A program made the position numbers and the translations under genes. This document shows positions 45,175-59,465 of a DNA stretch of 64,000 nucleotides, piece by piece. This DNA comes from the human T2T-CHM13v2.0 reference genome, Homo sapiens. Each line of letters opens with the position of its first letter. Positions within the stretch are counted from its first letter, which is position 1. The notes below the pieces were generated by a model. That model did not search any database and was not told where the DNA came from. It was given only the letters and a program-made list of their open reading frames with translations. The DNA is taken from the NCBI RefSeq assembly GCF_009914755.1, contig NC_060928.1. One strand, written 5' to 3'.

Positions 45175-48050
45175 AGGCTGATATCCAGAATAGTATTTCT
45201 TAGGTTTTCTTCTATGATTTTTATACTAGGAAGTCTTCCATTTTAGTTTCTAACACATCATGAATTAATTTTTGAACATAGTGAATAGTAGAGGTCCACT
45301 TTCATTCTTCTGCACGTGGCTAATCAGCTATCCCAGCATCATTTATCGAATAAGAAATATTTTACCCATTGCTTATTCTGCTCAATATTGTTGAAGATCA
45401 GATGGTTTTAGGCATGTGGCTTTATATCTGGGTTCTCTATTCTGTTCCATTGGTCTATGTGTCTGTTTTTGTACCAGTACCATACTGTTTTAATTAATCT
45501 AGACTTATACTATAGTTTGAAGTCAGGTCATGTGATGTCTTCGACTTTGTTCTTTCTGCTGAGAGTCATTTTGACAATTCAGGCTCTTTTTCATTTTCAT
45601 ATGAATTTTAGAATAGTTATTTCTAATGCTGTGAAAATTGATATTGGTAGTTTGATAGGAATATCACTGAATCATCCATGATTTCTTTCAGCAGTGTTCT
45701 GTAGTTCTCTTTGTAAAGGTCTTTCACCACTTTGGTCAGATATATTTCTAGTTATTTTATTTTTCTGTGGCTATTATAAATGGGGTTGCATCTTGATTTG
45801 ATTCTCAGCTTCAATAATATTGGTGAACAGAAATGCTATTGATTTGTGCAGATTTATTCTGTTTTCTGAAACTTTACCAAAGTGATTTATTAGGTCTAGG
45901 AGCCCTTTGTTTGAGTCTTTAGGATTTTCTACGTATAGGTTCGTATCACCAGCAAAGAGAGATAATTTGACTTCTTTTTCTATTTGAATGCCTTTTATTT
46001 CTTTCTCTAATCAGAGCAATCAAGCAAGAGTACTTAGGACTTTTGGTACTATATTGAATAGGAGTGGTGAAGGTAATTATCCTTGTCTTGTTCCTGATCT
46101 TAAGGGGAGTACTTCCAGCTTTTGCCTATTCTTGTGATGTTGGCTATGGGTTTGTCATAGATGGGTCTTATTATTTTGAGGTATGTTCCTTCAATGCCTA
46201 GTTTGTTGAAGGTTTTTTTTTTATCACAATGGAATGTTGAATTTTATCAAAAGTTTTTTTTGTGTGTGTCTATTGAGATAATCATGTGGCTTTTGTTTCT
46301 AATTCTGTTTATGCGGTGAATCACAGTTTTTGATTTGTGTATGTTGAAACAGTGTTGAATCCTAGGAATAAAGCCTACTTGATCATGGTAGATTAATTTA
46401 TTGATGTGCTGCTGGATTTGGTTTCCTAGTATTTTGTTGAGGATTTATGTGTTTATGTTAATGAGAGACTTGGCCTGTAGTTTTCTTTTTTGTTGTATCT
46501 TTGCCAGATTTGGTACCAGGATTGATGCTTCCTCTGTAGAATGAGTTAAGGAGGAGTTCTTCCTCCCTGATTTTTTGAAACAGTTTCAGTGGAATTGGCA
46601 CCGATTCTTCTTTGCATGTCTGGTAGAATTCAGCTCTGAATCTGTCTGGTCCAGGGCTTTTTTTGGTTGGAGGCTTTTTATCACTAATTGAATTTTAGAG
46701 CTCAATATTGGTCTATTCATGCTTTTGATTTCTTCCTGATTCAATCTTGGAAGATTGTGTATTTCCAGGAATTTATCCATTTTCCCTAGATTCTAGTTTA
46801 TATGCCCAGAGGTGTCCATGGTAGTGACTGAGGCTCTTATGCATGTCTGTGTGATCAGATGTAATGTCACATGTCACTTTTGTCATTTGTAATTGTGCTT
46901 ATTTAGACTGTCTCTTTTTATTTGTTAATACAGCTAGAGTTCTATCAATATTTTTATTCTTTCAAATTACCAACTTCATTTCATTGATCCTTTGTATGAA
47001 TTTTTATCTCAATTTATTTAGTTCCTTTCTGATTTTAGTAATTTCCTTTCTTTGGCTAGCTTTGGATTTGGTTTGTTCTTTTTCTAGTTCCTCTAGGTGC
47101 AATGTTAGATTGTTAATTTGGGATCTTCTAACTTCTTGATATAGGCATTTAGCACTGTAAACTCTCCCCTTAACATTTTTTTTGCTACTTTCCAGAGATT
47201 TTGGTATGTTGTGTCTCTGTTTTCATTTATCTCAAAGAATTTTGTGATCTCTGTTTTAATTTTATTTACCCGAAAGTCATTCAGGAGCTAATTGTTTAGT
47301 TTCCACGTAATTGTGTAGTTTTGAGAGATCCTCCTGGTATTGATTTCTCTTTTTATTTCACTTTGGCACAAGAATATAGTTAGTATGATTTTGATTTTTT
47401 AAAATTAATTGAGACTTGCTTTATGGGTGAGCATGTGGTCAATCTCTTTGAGCTTCCTTGCCATCTAGGTTCTAAATTCTGTATCTGTCATTTCAGTTGC
47501 CTCAATCTGTTTGCAATTTATTACAGAGGAGCTAGTGGGAGCCTTTGAAGGTAAGAAATCATCCTGGGTTTTTGAATTGCTGAAGTTCTTATTCTGATTT
47601 CATGTGAGGGGACTGGTGTATATTTTCTTTTCCTTTTTAAAAAATATTGCCGTCATTCAGATGGGGCTTTTTGTTTTTATAGTCTCTTTGTGCCTTGAGG
47701 ATTTTACTGTGGTATATGTTGTATATGGTCAATCGGCCTCATTTCTGGGTGCTTTCAGGGGGCCAAGGCTCTCTATGGGTTCCTTATTTGAGGAATGTTT
47801 CCTGCATTGGGTTTCACAAACATTGCATGCTGAAGGCATTTTTGTTTTGTGGTGTAATTCAGGTTGAGATACAAGATGACACTTAAGAGTAAAGGCTGGA
47901 AGATACCTCTTGCTCAGCTAAGTACCTGCTTTGTATTTCAGTGCACGTGCAATAGTGCATGCTTCCCTAGAATGCATTCAAGACCAGGAGCTGGTCCTGG
48001 CATTCAGTGACACTGAAGGCTTCTTAGCTTCCTCTGTCTTCAGTTGAAGT
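45175..48050 (-). mobile_element. L1PA16/L1PB-like LINE-1, 3'-truncated, with internal deletions
   Basis: Antisense ORF2 45175-47443 (ggtctatgtgtctgtttttgtaccagtacc; ggtagaattcagctctgaatctgtctggtcc), then ORF1/5'UTR-like sequence. Confidence 0.9.
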
Positions 48051-48284
48051 CAGAAAATAATATTGATATTTATTTCAAAAGCATTATATTTTGTAAAAGA
48101 AAAATTGAGGTTTTTATTTTCTATGCTTTGTATTTAGCATGCTATTTTATCTCTACTAATCCTTTAAAAATCTGCAGATTTAGCATGTATGCATGTATAA
48201 AAATCTTTTTCTAAAGCATTTCATCTACTTTTTAAACCTTGGTTAAGTTTTATTCTACTTTTTTTTTTTAAATGTGTTAGCTAT

Positions 48285-48634
48285 ATTTTATTCAACAAAT
48301 ATCCATTAAGTGTCTACTAGGAGACATATGCTTTTCTAGGGATCTGGGAATACAGGAGAATAAAAGGAAAAGTTTACATTATATTGGGAGGGAGATAGAC
48401 AAAAAACACAATTATATAATATTTTAAGAGGTATTACAATGAAAGGGACAAATAAAATAAAGGGGCAAAGTGAATATATACTGTATGGTGAGGCAATTTT
48501 AAATAGAAGAGTCACTGAGATGGCAATACCTGAGCAAAGACTTGGAAGAGGTGAGGAAGTACACTGTGATGGCTTATTTTATATGTATCTTGACTCAGCC
48601 AGGAGATGCCCAGATAGCTGGTAAAACGTTATTT

Positions 48635-48683
<49 letters not shown>

Positions 48684-49680
48684 TGTGTGTGCGTGTGTGT
48701 GTGCGTGCACGCATGTGTTCATCTGCAGGGGTGTTTCTAGAAAAGATTAACATTTGAATCTGTAGAGTGGCGAAGATCACCCTCACCAATATAAGTAGGC
48801 ATAATCCAATCAGTTGAGGGTCCAAATAAAAATGTGGAGAAAGTGTGAATTTACTATCTTTTTGCGCTGGAACATTCATCTTCTCCTGCCCTTGGATATC
48901 AGTATTCCTCTTTCGCAAGTCTTTAAAATTGGATTCGGACTTGCACTCTCTGCTCCCTGGTCCTCAAGCTTTTGAACTCAGCCAAAGTCACACTACAGAC
49001 TTTCGTGTTTATCCAACATGCAGAAGGTGGACTGTTGGACTTCTTGGCCTTCATAACTGTGTAACTGTATGAGCCATTTCCCATAATAAGTCTTTTCTTA
49101 CAGGTATATCCTATTGGTTCTCTGGAGAAACCTATCTAATACATATATGAGACAAATGCTTCTCAGTAGAGACAAACAGAAGAGCAAACACCCCAGAACA
49201 AATTATGCCTTGTTGATTCCTGGAGCAGACAATATGGTGGGAGAAGAATAATCTTGGGGATGAGAGTGGTGTTGGGGATAAGGTCAAGGAGTTCAGGGTT
49301 AGGGAGGCACAGAACATGCGGGACATAGTGAGGCATGTTATAGGTGTTAACTTTTAACTTGAGTAGTATGTGGGTAAATTGTAGGTTTTAATACAGGAAA
49401 GTATCATGATCTTATTTTTATTAAAAAAAAAAAAACTTCTGGTGGCTAATTTGAGAACAGCTTGATTCCCAAAAAGCAGGAACAGGGGACCCTTTTTTTT
49501 TTTATAGTATTGCAGCAATCTAGGTGAGAAATGATAATGGTTTAGACCAAAGTAGTGATAAGAAAGGCTGAATATGTTTTAAATGTCCAGTCAATAGAAT
49601 TTGATGCTGGAACAGATTGGTCTAGGAAATAAAAATTAGAGTAAAAGAATTAGACTTAGGAGACTGGAAAGGTGAAGTTA
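48285..49680 (-). mobile_element. L2, antisense, split by an MLT2 LTR
   Basis: ttattcaacaaatatccattaagtgtctacta tail; cctgagcaaagacttggaagagg; gcaatctaggtgagaaatgataatggtttagacc. Confidence 0.75.
48565..49143 (+). mobile_element. MLT2C/D-like ERVL LTR with an internal (TG)n(GA)n(TG)n repeat
   Basis: tgtgatggcttattttatatgt...gatgcccagatagctggtaaaacgttatttct...atcctattggttctctggagaaacctatctaataca. Confidence 0.9.
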
Positions 49681-51232
49681 ATTGTTGTTGTTTCTCAAAG
49701 TCAATTAGTAAAACAAGAAACTACTTAAAGAATTACAAATGTTCATACTTTAAGATAATTCATTTTTTTAGAAACACTAAAATATTATTTTTTCAGTGAA
49801 GAAAACAGTAGGAGATTCAACGGAGTGAATTGTTGCTTCTTATCAAGGACTAAGATTCTTTTGGAAACACCTAGATCAGTTTGTGTCTGAACTATTTTGA
49901 GAAACATTTACTTTACATAAACGTCACTATATAGGATTTCTTCAACATTTCTAATATTAAGTAATTTTACACTAAAAATAATGGTGTTAAGATAATTCTG
50001 TCATACAGAATGGACTTTAGATTAAGGTTATGTAGCAATTTTTGAACACTAACTAACATTTAACCTTTTTGGCTTAACTTTTTTTCTGGGTCAAAATACT
50101 GCCACACAATTCATTATTCTATCACATAAGTAACCAGAATAAATTGAATTTTAGTTTCCAGTCTTATTTTATAAAAACCATCAATAATCTTTATCATAGA
50201 CTTTCACTAGAACTAGTTATATCTAATAAAATTAAGTTGTTAATGTATACTCATCTCATTTTCTATAGATATTGAAATTTTGATGGCTATAGAAATGAAA
50301 TACTAAAATAAAAAAAAGTATAGAGAAGTCATTAGCTGGGTAATTAGCTCCTGAATAGTTAATACTTAGCTGTAAGGTAATTTAAAATAAAATGTGAAAA
50401 GAAAGATTTAATATGTATTTACTGGTCTTAGAAATAGAAATGATGGTAACTTATGCCATTGGCATAGACAATCTTATAGCCCAGTAACCTCCTTTATGAT
50501 ATTACAAGTTTAAAGGAATTGCTTGCTAAATGATATTTTTCTGAGATAATTTTCTAATTGTCCAATCTCAATTAATACTTAATTTTCAAGGCCAGCAAAT
50601 TCATGACAAATTTATTTTTTGAACAAAGCATCACACCAAATAATGAAGCCAAAACTGATTTTTTTTTCAACTGTATTAAGTGTAAGGAAATCCAAATAGC
50701 ACAGTGATCACTGTACATTTGTATGTTAATGTTGTCAGGTAAGCATCTTGAAAGACTGGGAATGATTAACGTGTTTGAGCATAAACCAGAGAAAATGTTC
50801 AACATTTGATAGAGACAGAAACATTTAGGAAAATGCAAAAACATCTGCCTAGGAAACTGTTTTCCGAACATTGAAAATTATAAGCAATTATCAAGAATTT
50901 TACCTGCATATACTCATAACTCTGACTTAGTGACAGCTTAACTGGTATTAAGCTTCAATTTTAGCACGAAGATTTTGGGATAATCACCATGTGCCTATAA
51001 TTTACACTGCTTCTTTATACATGCTAAAAACATTTCAGCAATATATTTTTAAGAGGGTAATTAGATTGTAGTATAAAACTGATTTCATTTTTTAAAACGA
51101 GTGAAAAGAAATTTGGTGTTACTGTGCTTACCTAAAAGTTTGAGAACATATTTTTTCTCATTTATAATTTCATTCTTTTACAAAATAACACGAAGACAAT
51201 CACTTCTTAGAGTGTACATTTTAATTGCACAT

Positions 51233-51750
51233 GTGTGAAATAGTTAATAATACATAGAATCATGCCCCCATTTGACTGAAAATATACAATCCCTGTAGTT
51301 CCACAGTTAAAACCAAGAGGCCAGGGCAGGGAGAGGAAGTGGTCATGCATGCTGTGTCCCTGGAAAGCGTGACAAAACATGTTATACTGTGACCAAGTTA
51401 AAGAAGAGTTTCTGAGAAAAAAAAAAAAAAAAAAAAGGTTAGATGAGGAGCTGGAACTTCCTCATCTAACCACCAATAGACCACCTGGCCTCAATCAGTC
51501 AACTACCTGCAACCAGCCAGTTAACAGAGATTGATGATTAGGGGCTTAAAGGTCATTCAGTCACTCCTCAGTCCCCTAACTCCCTTCCCCTGCTCTGTGT
51601 TCTGTGTTTTTTGGCTTTAAAATATCCTATGACCCCTTCTCACAGGACACTTTCATTTTGTACTGAAGGACGTCTCTCTAACCTTTAGACTGCTTTTAGA
51701 AAACAAAGTTCTCCTTTTGCCTCTGCAGATTCATTAATCTTTCATTAACA
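51233..51750 (+). mobile_element. ERV1-type solo LTR, family uncertain
   Basis: Locally higher GC; tg... start, ttaaaa TATA-like site, aacaaag poly(A)-signal-like site, ends tctttcattaaca. Confidence 0.5.
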
Positions 51751-53656
51751 AGTAACATATAAGACTAATAAAAAAGAAATAAAAATATATGTAACAAAGT
51801 ATAGGTTACACAATATACAAAGTATAGGTCTTGTATTAGGCAAACTGATATACAAATCTTAGCTTCATGTCCAACCCTATAAAGTTGACATCTCTGAGTT
51901 TCAGTCTATTCATGTGTAAATTGGGACTACTTCTGCTAAAAGGAATAAGGTGTTGTATACAGGGTGTTTATTAAAGTTACCAGAATATGATAGACATTCA
52001 ATGAATATTATTACTTTGTGTCAACAACACACTTTTGAAATATAAAAATTATACCTATTTACTAGTATTATTTGTAATACATATTTCATCTGCTGTTATT
52101 CTCATTAACCATACAAACTTTCTACATCAAAAGAAAATTAAAAATGATAACTGGTTAATGATAAGATTAGTGAAGTTACATGTGTCAGTCAGAGCGCAGT
52201 CATTCAGAACAGTCACCAGAACAGTCATTCAAAAATTCTTTGAGCTTTTAAATCTTAGTGGAAGATGCAATTAAATGTCTTTGTGTTTAATGTACTTCCT
52301 GTTTAATTCTTCAGCCTGCCATAACTACATATGAAAAAGTGAACTACAGTGTATTTTTCACATGAAACTATACTCCTTCTTCTTACCTGCATAGCTGAAA
52401 ATTACATTCATATAGCAAACAACAACAGCATATGTACTTTAATCCAAATACTAAAAGTCCTGAATGTTATAGAAAAAGGATTTGCTGTCAGGTAAATTTT
52501 GAAATTTAGGTCTTAGGAGACGATAAACCCTAATAGATGTGTTTAATATCCTATATCTGGCAGTGGTTATGTCTCTTAATATGACTCTGTACTGCATTTT
52601 ATTTTAATATTACAGAAATATATCTTTAATCTCTAAGTGAAATTATAAAAATGACACAATATGAAATACCTATCATATCTATGAAGATTTTTCATTAGTC
52701 TATATTTTATTCTGGGGATCTCAGAAAATCCATCCTTCATTTGCTTGCTATATCCCCAAAGTAATTATTTTTCTATTGTATGTTATATTTTGACACATTA
52801 CAATTTTCAAAATTTAAAAGTATATTTAAAAACCTGTCATTTACTGCATAATTGTACTGACTACAAATGCTATTTCTGCTGTCAAGACAACATTGAATGA
52901 AACTTTTGAACAGCAATGTAGTTTTTCAACTTCTATTAATATGGAGAGAATTTATGGTACAGACAACGTTTAAACAACTGAACAAAACACCAGAATTATG
53001 ATCATCATTATCATCATTGTTGAATAGGTTCCAGTGATATGTAGTGACAGATGCACTATCAGGACAGAAAGATATCAGTTTTATTGATAGGTATATAAAG
53101 ATACTAATTGCCTGAAAAATGCTGAAACATGTTTCGAATCTAACTGTTACATAGGAGACAAATTATATGGCTGTGTGACAGCTTAAAACATTTAATTATG
53201 TTTAAATATTTCTCTCCAAACTTTAGATGATAAGCAGTTTATACATGATTATGAGAACTAGACTGGACAAGCAAAATAACTAATTTTTTTCATGTCTATA
53301 TTGAATTTTTTTTAACTTTGAGAAATTCAGCTGGTTGAAAATTGATGCTAAAGGAGGAATGAGAAATTTGTCGCCCATCCACTTCTCAATGTATTGGTTG
53401 TCCTCTTCTAGGGTACAATTAAATAACAAAAAAGCTATACATTTGAATGATTTTAGCTTTGGGCATCCAAAAGAATTAAGTATAATGTAACTTTAATTGA
53501 GTTACACTTTATTAAAATAAAATTCACTTTTTTTAAATAAAGAGGCAAGTGACAAGAAAATAGGAATACTATTTCAACTTGAATCATAATTTCTGATGAT
53601 TGATAAGAAATAGGAATACTATTCAACTTGAATCAATTGAATAACAATTTCAATGA

Positions 53657-55387
<1,731 letters not shown>

Positions 55388-55693
55388 GTTGATGTTGCTC
55401 TCATTTGATGCAATGGCATGTGGTTTATTTTTTCTTTTCATATTTTTTAAAGATATAAACCCGCTAATGAGCAACTCCACTTATACATGTATAGCCATTT
55501 TACTATTAATAGGTATGTCTCCCTAATTTCTGATTAAATTATCAATGTCAACATTTTATTTTTAATAATCACGGTTTTTCGTAAACATTTTAGGATGATC
55601 CTTCTTTCCTTTCTTTTTTCTTTTTCTTTACTTAGGCTTTCTACCAAAGCCTAATTCTATTCAATATTTCTCTTCCTGGCAATTACAATTTAA

Positions 55694-56070
<377 letters not shown>

Positions 56071-56079
56071 TTATATATT

Positions 56080-56611
56080 AAGTCACAGGGCCTGATCTTA
56101 TTAAAATGAAATTCTTATCTCAGAATTCAGAAAATATTTGAAGCAGGTATTATAGGGATGGGTCACCGTCCAGGCTCACCCAAACACCTGTACAGAGGTT
56201 TTTCCATCAATGTGTCTGTGAGACCTTTGAATCAATGACTCATCCTGTTTCTTGGATAGGGAGGCTTCTGTCCAAATCCTTGGCTGTTAGCAAAGGAGGT
56301 AACCACAGTTAGAGTTAAGAAAGATACTAATCAAAATCTAGTGGCTCAGGAGACTAATTTTCTGCAGGAAGAGCCATAGACAGTGGGCAGACAGCTATTC
56401 AACATAGTCAATGAGAGCAGTGAACAAGGCTCCTCAGCATGGGCATTTTAGAGCCCTCTGTCACATGATTTTGGATAATCCTATGCAGCCATTGGCTAGA
56501 CTTCCATCCAGATTAATTGACTCTTTTCTGTGGCCATCTCTCAACATTCGCTGCTAACTTGCTTCTTGCCCCAACATACTCTTTCCTTATTCTTGGTCTA
56601 GCTAACCTTAC
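56080..56611 (+). mobile_element. ERVL-type LTR (MER54/MER74-like), uncertain
   Basis: 3' end ctaacttgcttc...cttggtctagctaaccttac resembles this group's terminus. Confidence 0.4.
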
Positions 56612-56999
56612 GTAGTGTCTTTAGAGTGAAGAGCAGAATTTTCTCTTTTTATTGACACTATTATTGTGTTTATAGTATGAAATTGTTGATTCTCTTCCCT
56701 TGGTATATTCCATTTTGATTTTCAAAAGTCTAATTAGGAAGCAAAAACAAAACAAAAAATAATGTAATATAAACATTATACACGCTACATTTTGTATAAT
56801 GCTCTCCGTTTTCTTCAAGGCCCTGCAGATGACTGTAAATGACAAGCAAGAGGGCATTTATTTTTAATCTGTTTTACAATGATAGCTCCAAGCCTTGACA
56901 GTTTTTGTTTCGTGGCTCACTGTTACTTTACACAACGTTACTTTTATTTTCATACTGTTTTCACAGACATGTAGGCAATTTTCTAACATTTTAGCCAAC

Positions 57000-59125
57000 C
57001 CTGTCCTAGCATTCTTCTTTAGGATATTATCCTCTACTTCATCTCTGTATCTGACTTCCACAGTCATATTTACAATGTTATTAAAACAAATAACTGAAAT
57101 ATGTCCATAATTTCATACATCTAACCTTCAACTGCTACATCTTATTCTTCCTCACCTAATTTTCTCTTGTACCATGAGCTCAACAATCCTTCAACCCCAT
57201 GGAGGCCTCCAATTCATTGTTTCTACTGCCTTTTGAATATCCCCCATGCAATTGGTGTCCCTGATGCTTTCCTTACCTATGTTTAATGATTATAATCACT
57301 CTTTGTATATTCCTTCGGTACCATTGTTCTTCTTGTTTTTGTAAACACTTGCAAAACCATGGCCCTGGCTAGATTGATCTCTTTGCCTACTTCACATCTG
57401 TATCAATGCAACTGACTATGGCTAGAATAAGAAAAAAAAATACAACCACATGTGATGATCTCACTTTAAATTCATGATTAAAACCTCAAGTGAGCCATTA
57501 AGGCTGTAGCCAATCATACTCCAATTCTCCAGTCTGTTTACTCTTCCTGTCTTCTACATGCTGATTTTGTAATTTCCCCTTTTTGAAGACCTTGAAGACT
57601 TGCTTTCCCATCCTCAAATTTCTGCCAGTGGCCACATTTCCTGCACTGCTGACCAAACTGAAGGAGTTAGAAAGGGATTTTCAGGCTCTTCTAACCAATG
57701 TCTGCACTCAGATATAGTTTTTTTGTTTTGTTGTTGTTGTTTTAGGTGGAATCTCACTCTGTCACCCAGGCTGGAGTGCAGTGATATAATCATGGCTTGC
57801 TGCGGCCTCAAATTTCTGGGCTCAAGCAATCCTTCTGCCTTAGCCTCCCAAGTAGCTAGAACTACAGGCACATGCCACCATGCTAGGCTAAGTTTTAAAA
57901 AATATTTTGTAGTGACAGAGCTCGCTATGTTGCCCAAGCTAGTCTTCAACTCTGGGCTCAAGCGATCCTTCCACCTTGGCCTTCAAAAGTGCTGGGATTA
58001 CAGGCATGAGCCATGTGCTGGACCAGATACTGTCATTTTTTTTAATACCATATGTAAACTCTCTATACTTCCTCAGAAGTCATTTTCTCCATTTGTGCAT
58101 CCAATTCTATCTCCTCTTTTCTGCTTAAGGCATTATTTCAGAACTCCACTCTTTTTCTATTATGATTTTCACCTCTCTAGTAGATTGTGCCCATCAAAAT
58201 TCTCAGTTCTCACCTTACTTGAACTTGTAAGAACAGTTAACAGAGCTATTAATTCCCCTTGTATTATTTTATTCAACTTGTTTCCAGAATGCATCATTTT
58301 CTTTATTTTTTCCCACCTCTTGCCTTATATCACTGGTTGCTCCTTCTTGATTCCTATTACTTCTTCCTATACTTCCTTCCCAACCATTTCTTTTGGACTG
58401 TACGGAACATCACTTTTTTTCCACTTCTATCAACATTCACTATCGTAGTGACCTTATCAAGCCCCATGACTTCAAACCCCCTCTCTATGTGAATGACTTT
58501 CAAATTTATTGCTCCATATCGTTAGCATGCTAATCTGCTTCTCCACTTGGATATAAAAGTATAAATATCTTAACCACAACATATCCAAAACTAAATTTCT
58601 GATCTCCCAAAAAAGCCTAGGCTGTTTTCAAGTCCATACTTTCCTTTGGTCAGAACAGCAACTTTGAAATCATCTTGAATCAGACTTGAATCAATTTTTT
58701 TTTTCTTTTCCCTAATGGCTTTTACCCAATATGGCAGCCATTCCCACTGGCTTTATTTCAACAATATATCCAAAATAAATGTACTTGTCATCAATTTTAC
58801 AGCTACAATATTGGACCAAACCATGATCATTTCTTATGTAGCTCACTAAAATAGCCTCCTCACTACAGTCTACTCTCAAATCAGCAGAAGAAGTGATTCT
58901 TTTATAAATGAAAGTTGGATCATATCACTTATCTCCTGAAAATCCTACAATGTCTCCACTCCCTGTGTCAGCGTAAAAACCAACGTGTCTTCAATGACTT
59001 ATGAGGTTCTACATGATATATCTGTTTGTCTCTACTCTCCATTTGTTTTCTGACTATATCTCCTCCTTGCTTATTTTGCTTTAGCCACGTGTACTTCTCG
59101 ATTTTTGAACAAGCTAACATGCTTC
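57000..59125 (+). mobile_element. L2 ORF2/3' region, decayed
   Basis: ttataatcactct, ctcactttaaattcatga, gtgaatgactttcaaatttat, aacatatccaaaactaaatttctgatct, aaatcctacaatgtctcc. Confidence 0.75.
57718..58024 (-). mobile_element. AluJ
   Basis: J diagnostics (atcatggcttgctgcggcctc, gggctcaagcaatcc, cgctatgttgcccaag); (TTG)n tail; cagata on both flanks. Confidence 0.93.
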
Positions 59126-59127
59126 TT

Positions 59128-59465
59128 CCAAGATCTTTCTCCTAGTTGTTTCCGCTGCCTATATTTCTTGGCTCATGACTACTTTCTCCATCTTAAAGCC
59201 CAGCAGCATAGTATCTTTAAATTTGAATCTCTCTCTCTTTTCCTTTCCCTCTCTCTCCCTCCCACTTCTGCTTCTGTGATGTCTGTTTCCTTGACTCTGA
59301 CCCTAAACTCTTCCTTTTTTATGGACCCTTGTGATTGGACTGACTTGGATAATCTAGAATACTTCTCCCTTCTCAACATCATTAACCATTTAGCTAAAAT
59401 ATTTATAGATTCTAGTGATTAGGATGTGGATATCTTTGGGGTAGGGCACAACTCTTTCTACCATA
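59128..59465 (-). mobile_element. MLT1C/D-like LTR, 5' part
   Basis: ttcttggctcatgact...cccttgtgattggactgacttggataatctagaat...gattaggatgtggatatctttgggg...tctaccata. Confidence 0.75.

Noticed and set aside
46586-46780. ORF MDKFLEIHNLPRLNQEEI... resembling a real protein
   Set aside because: Fragment of decayed L1 ORF2p; the surrounding frame is broken. The same applies to ORFs at 38436, 38981 and 40138
50591-50738. Possible exon ending at CAG|GTAAGC; also minus-strand donors near 52385 and 54796
   Set aside because: Isolated consensus splice motifs are expected by chance in 64 kb; no open coding frame or convincing paired sites
52197-52234. Three 12-13-bp cagtca..cagaa repeats
   Set aside because: Short slippage repeat with no spacers; not CRISPR-like or otherwise informative
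57600-58448. Longest ORF (282 aa)
   Set aside because: Reads through an antisense AluJ ([17 protein letters not shown] motifs) and decayed L2; TTG start; no domain-like composition
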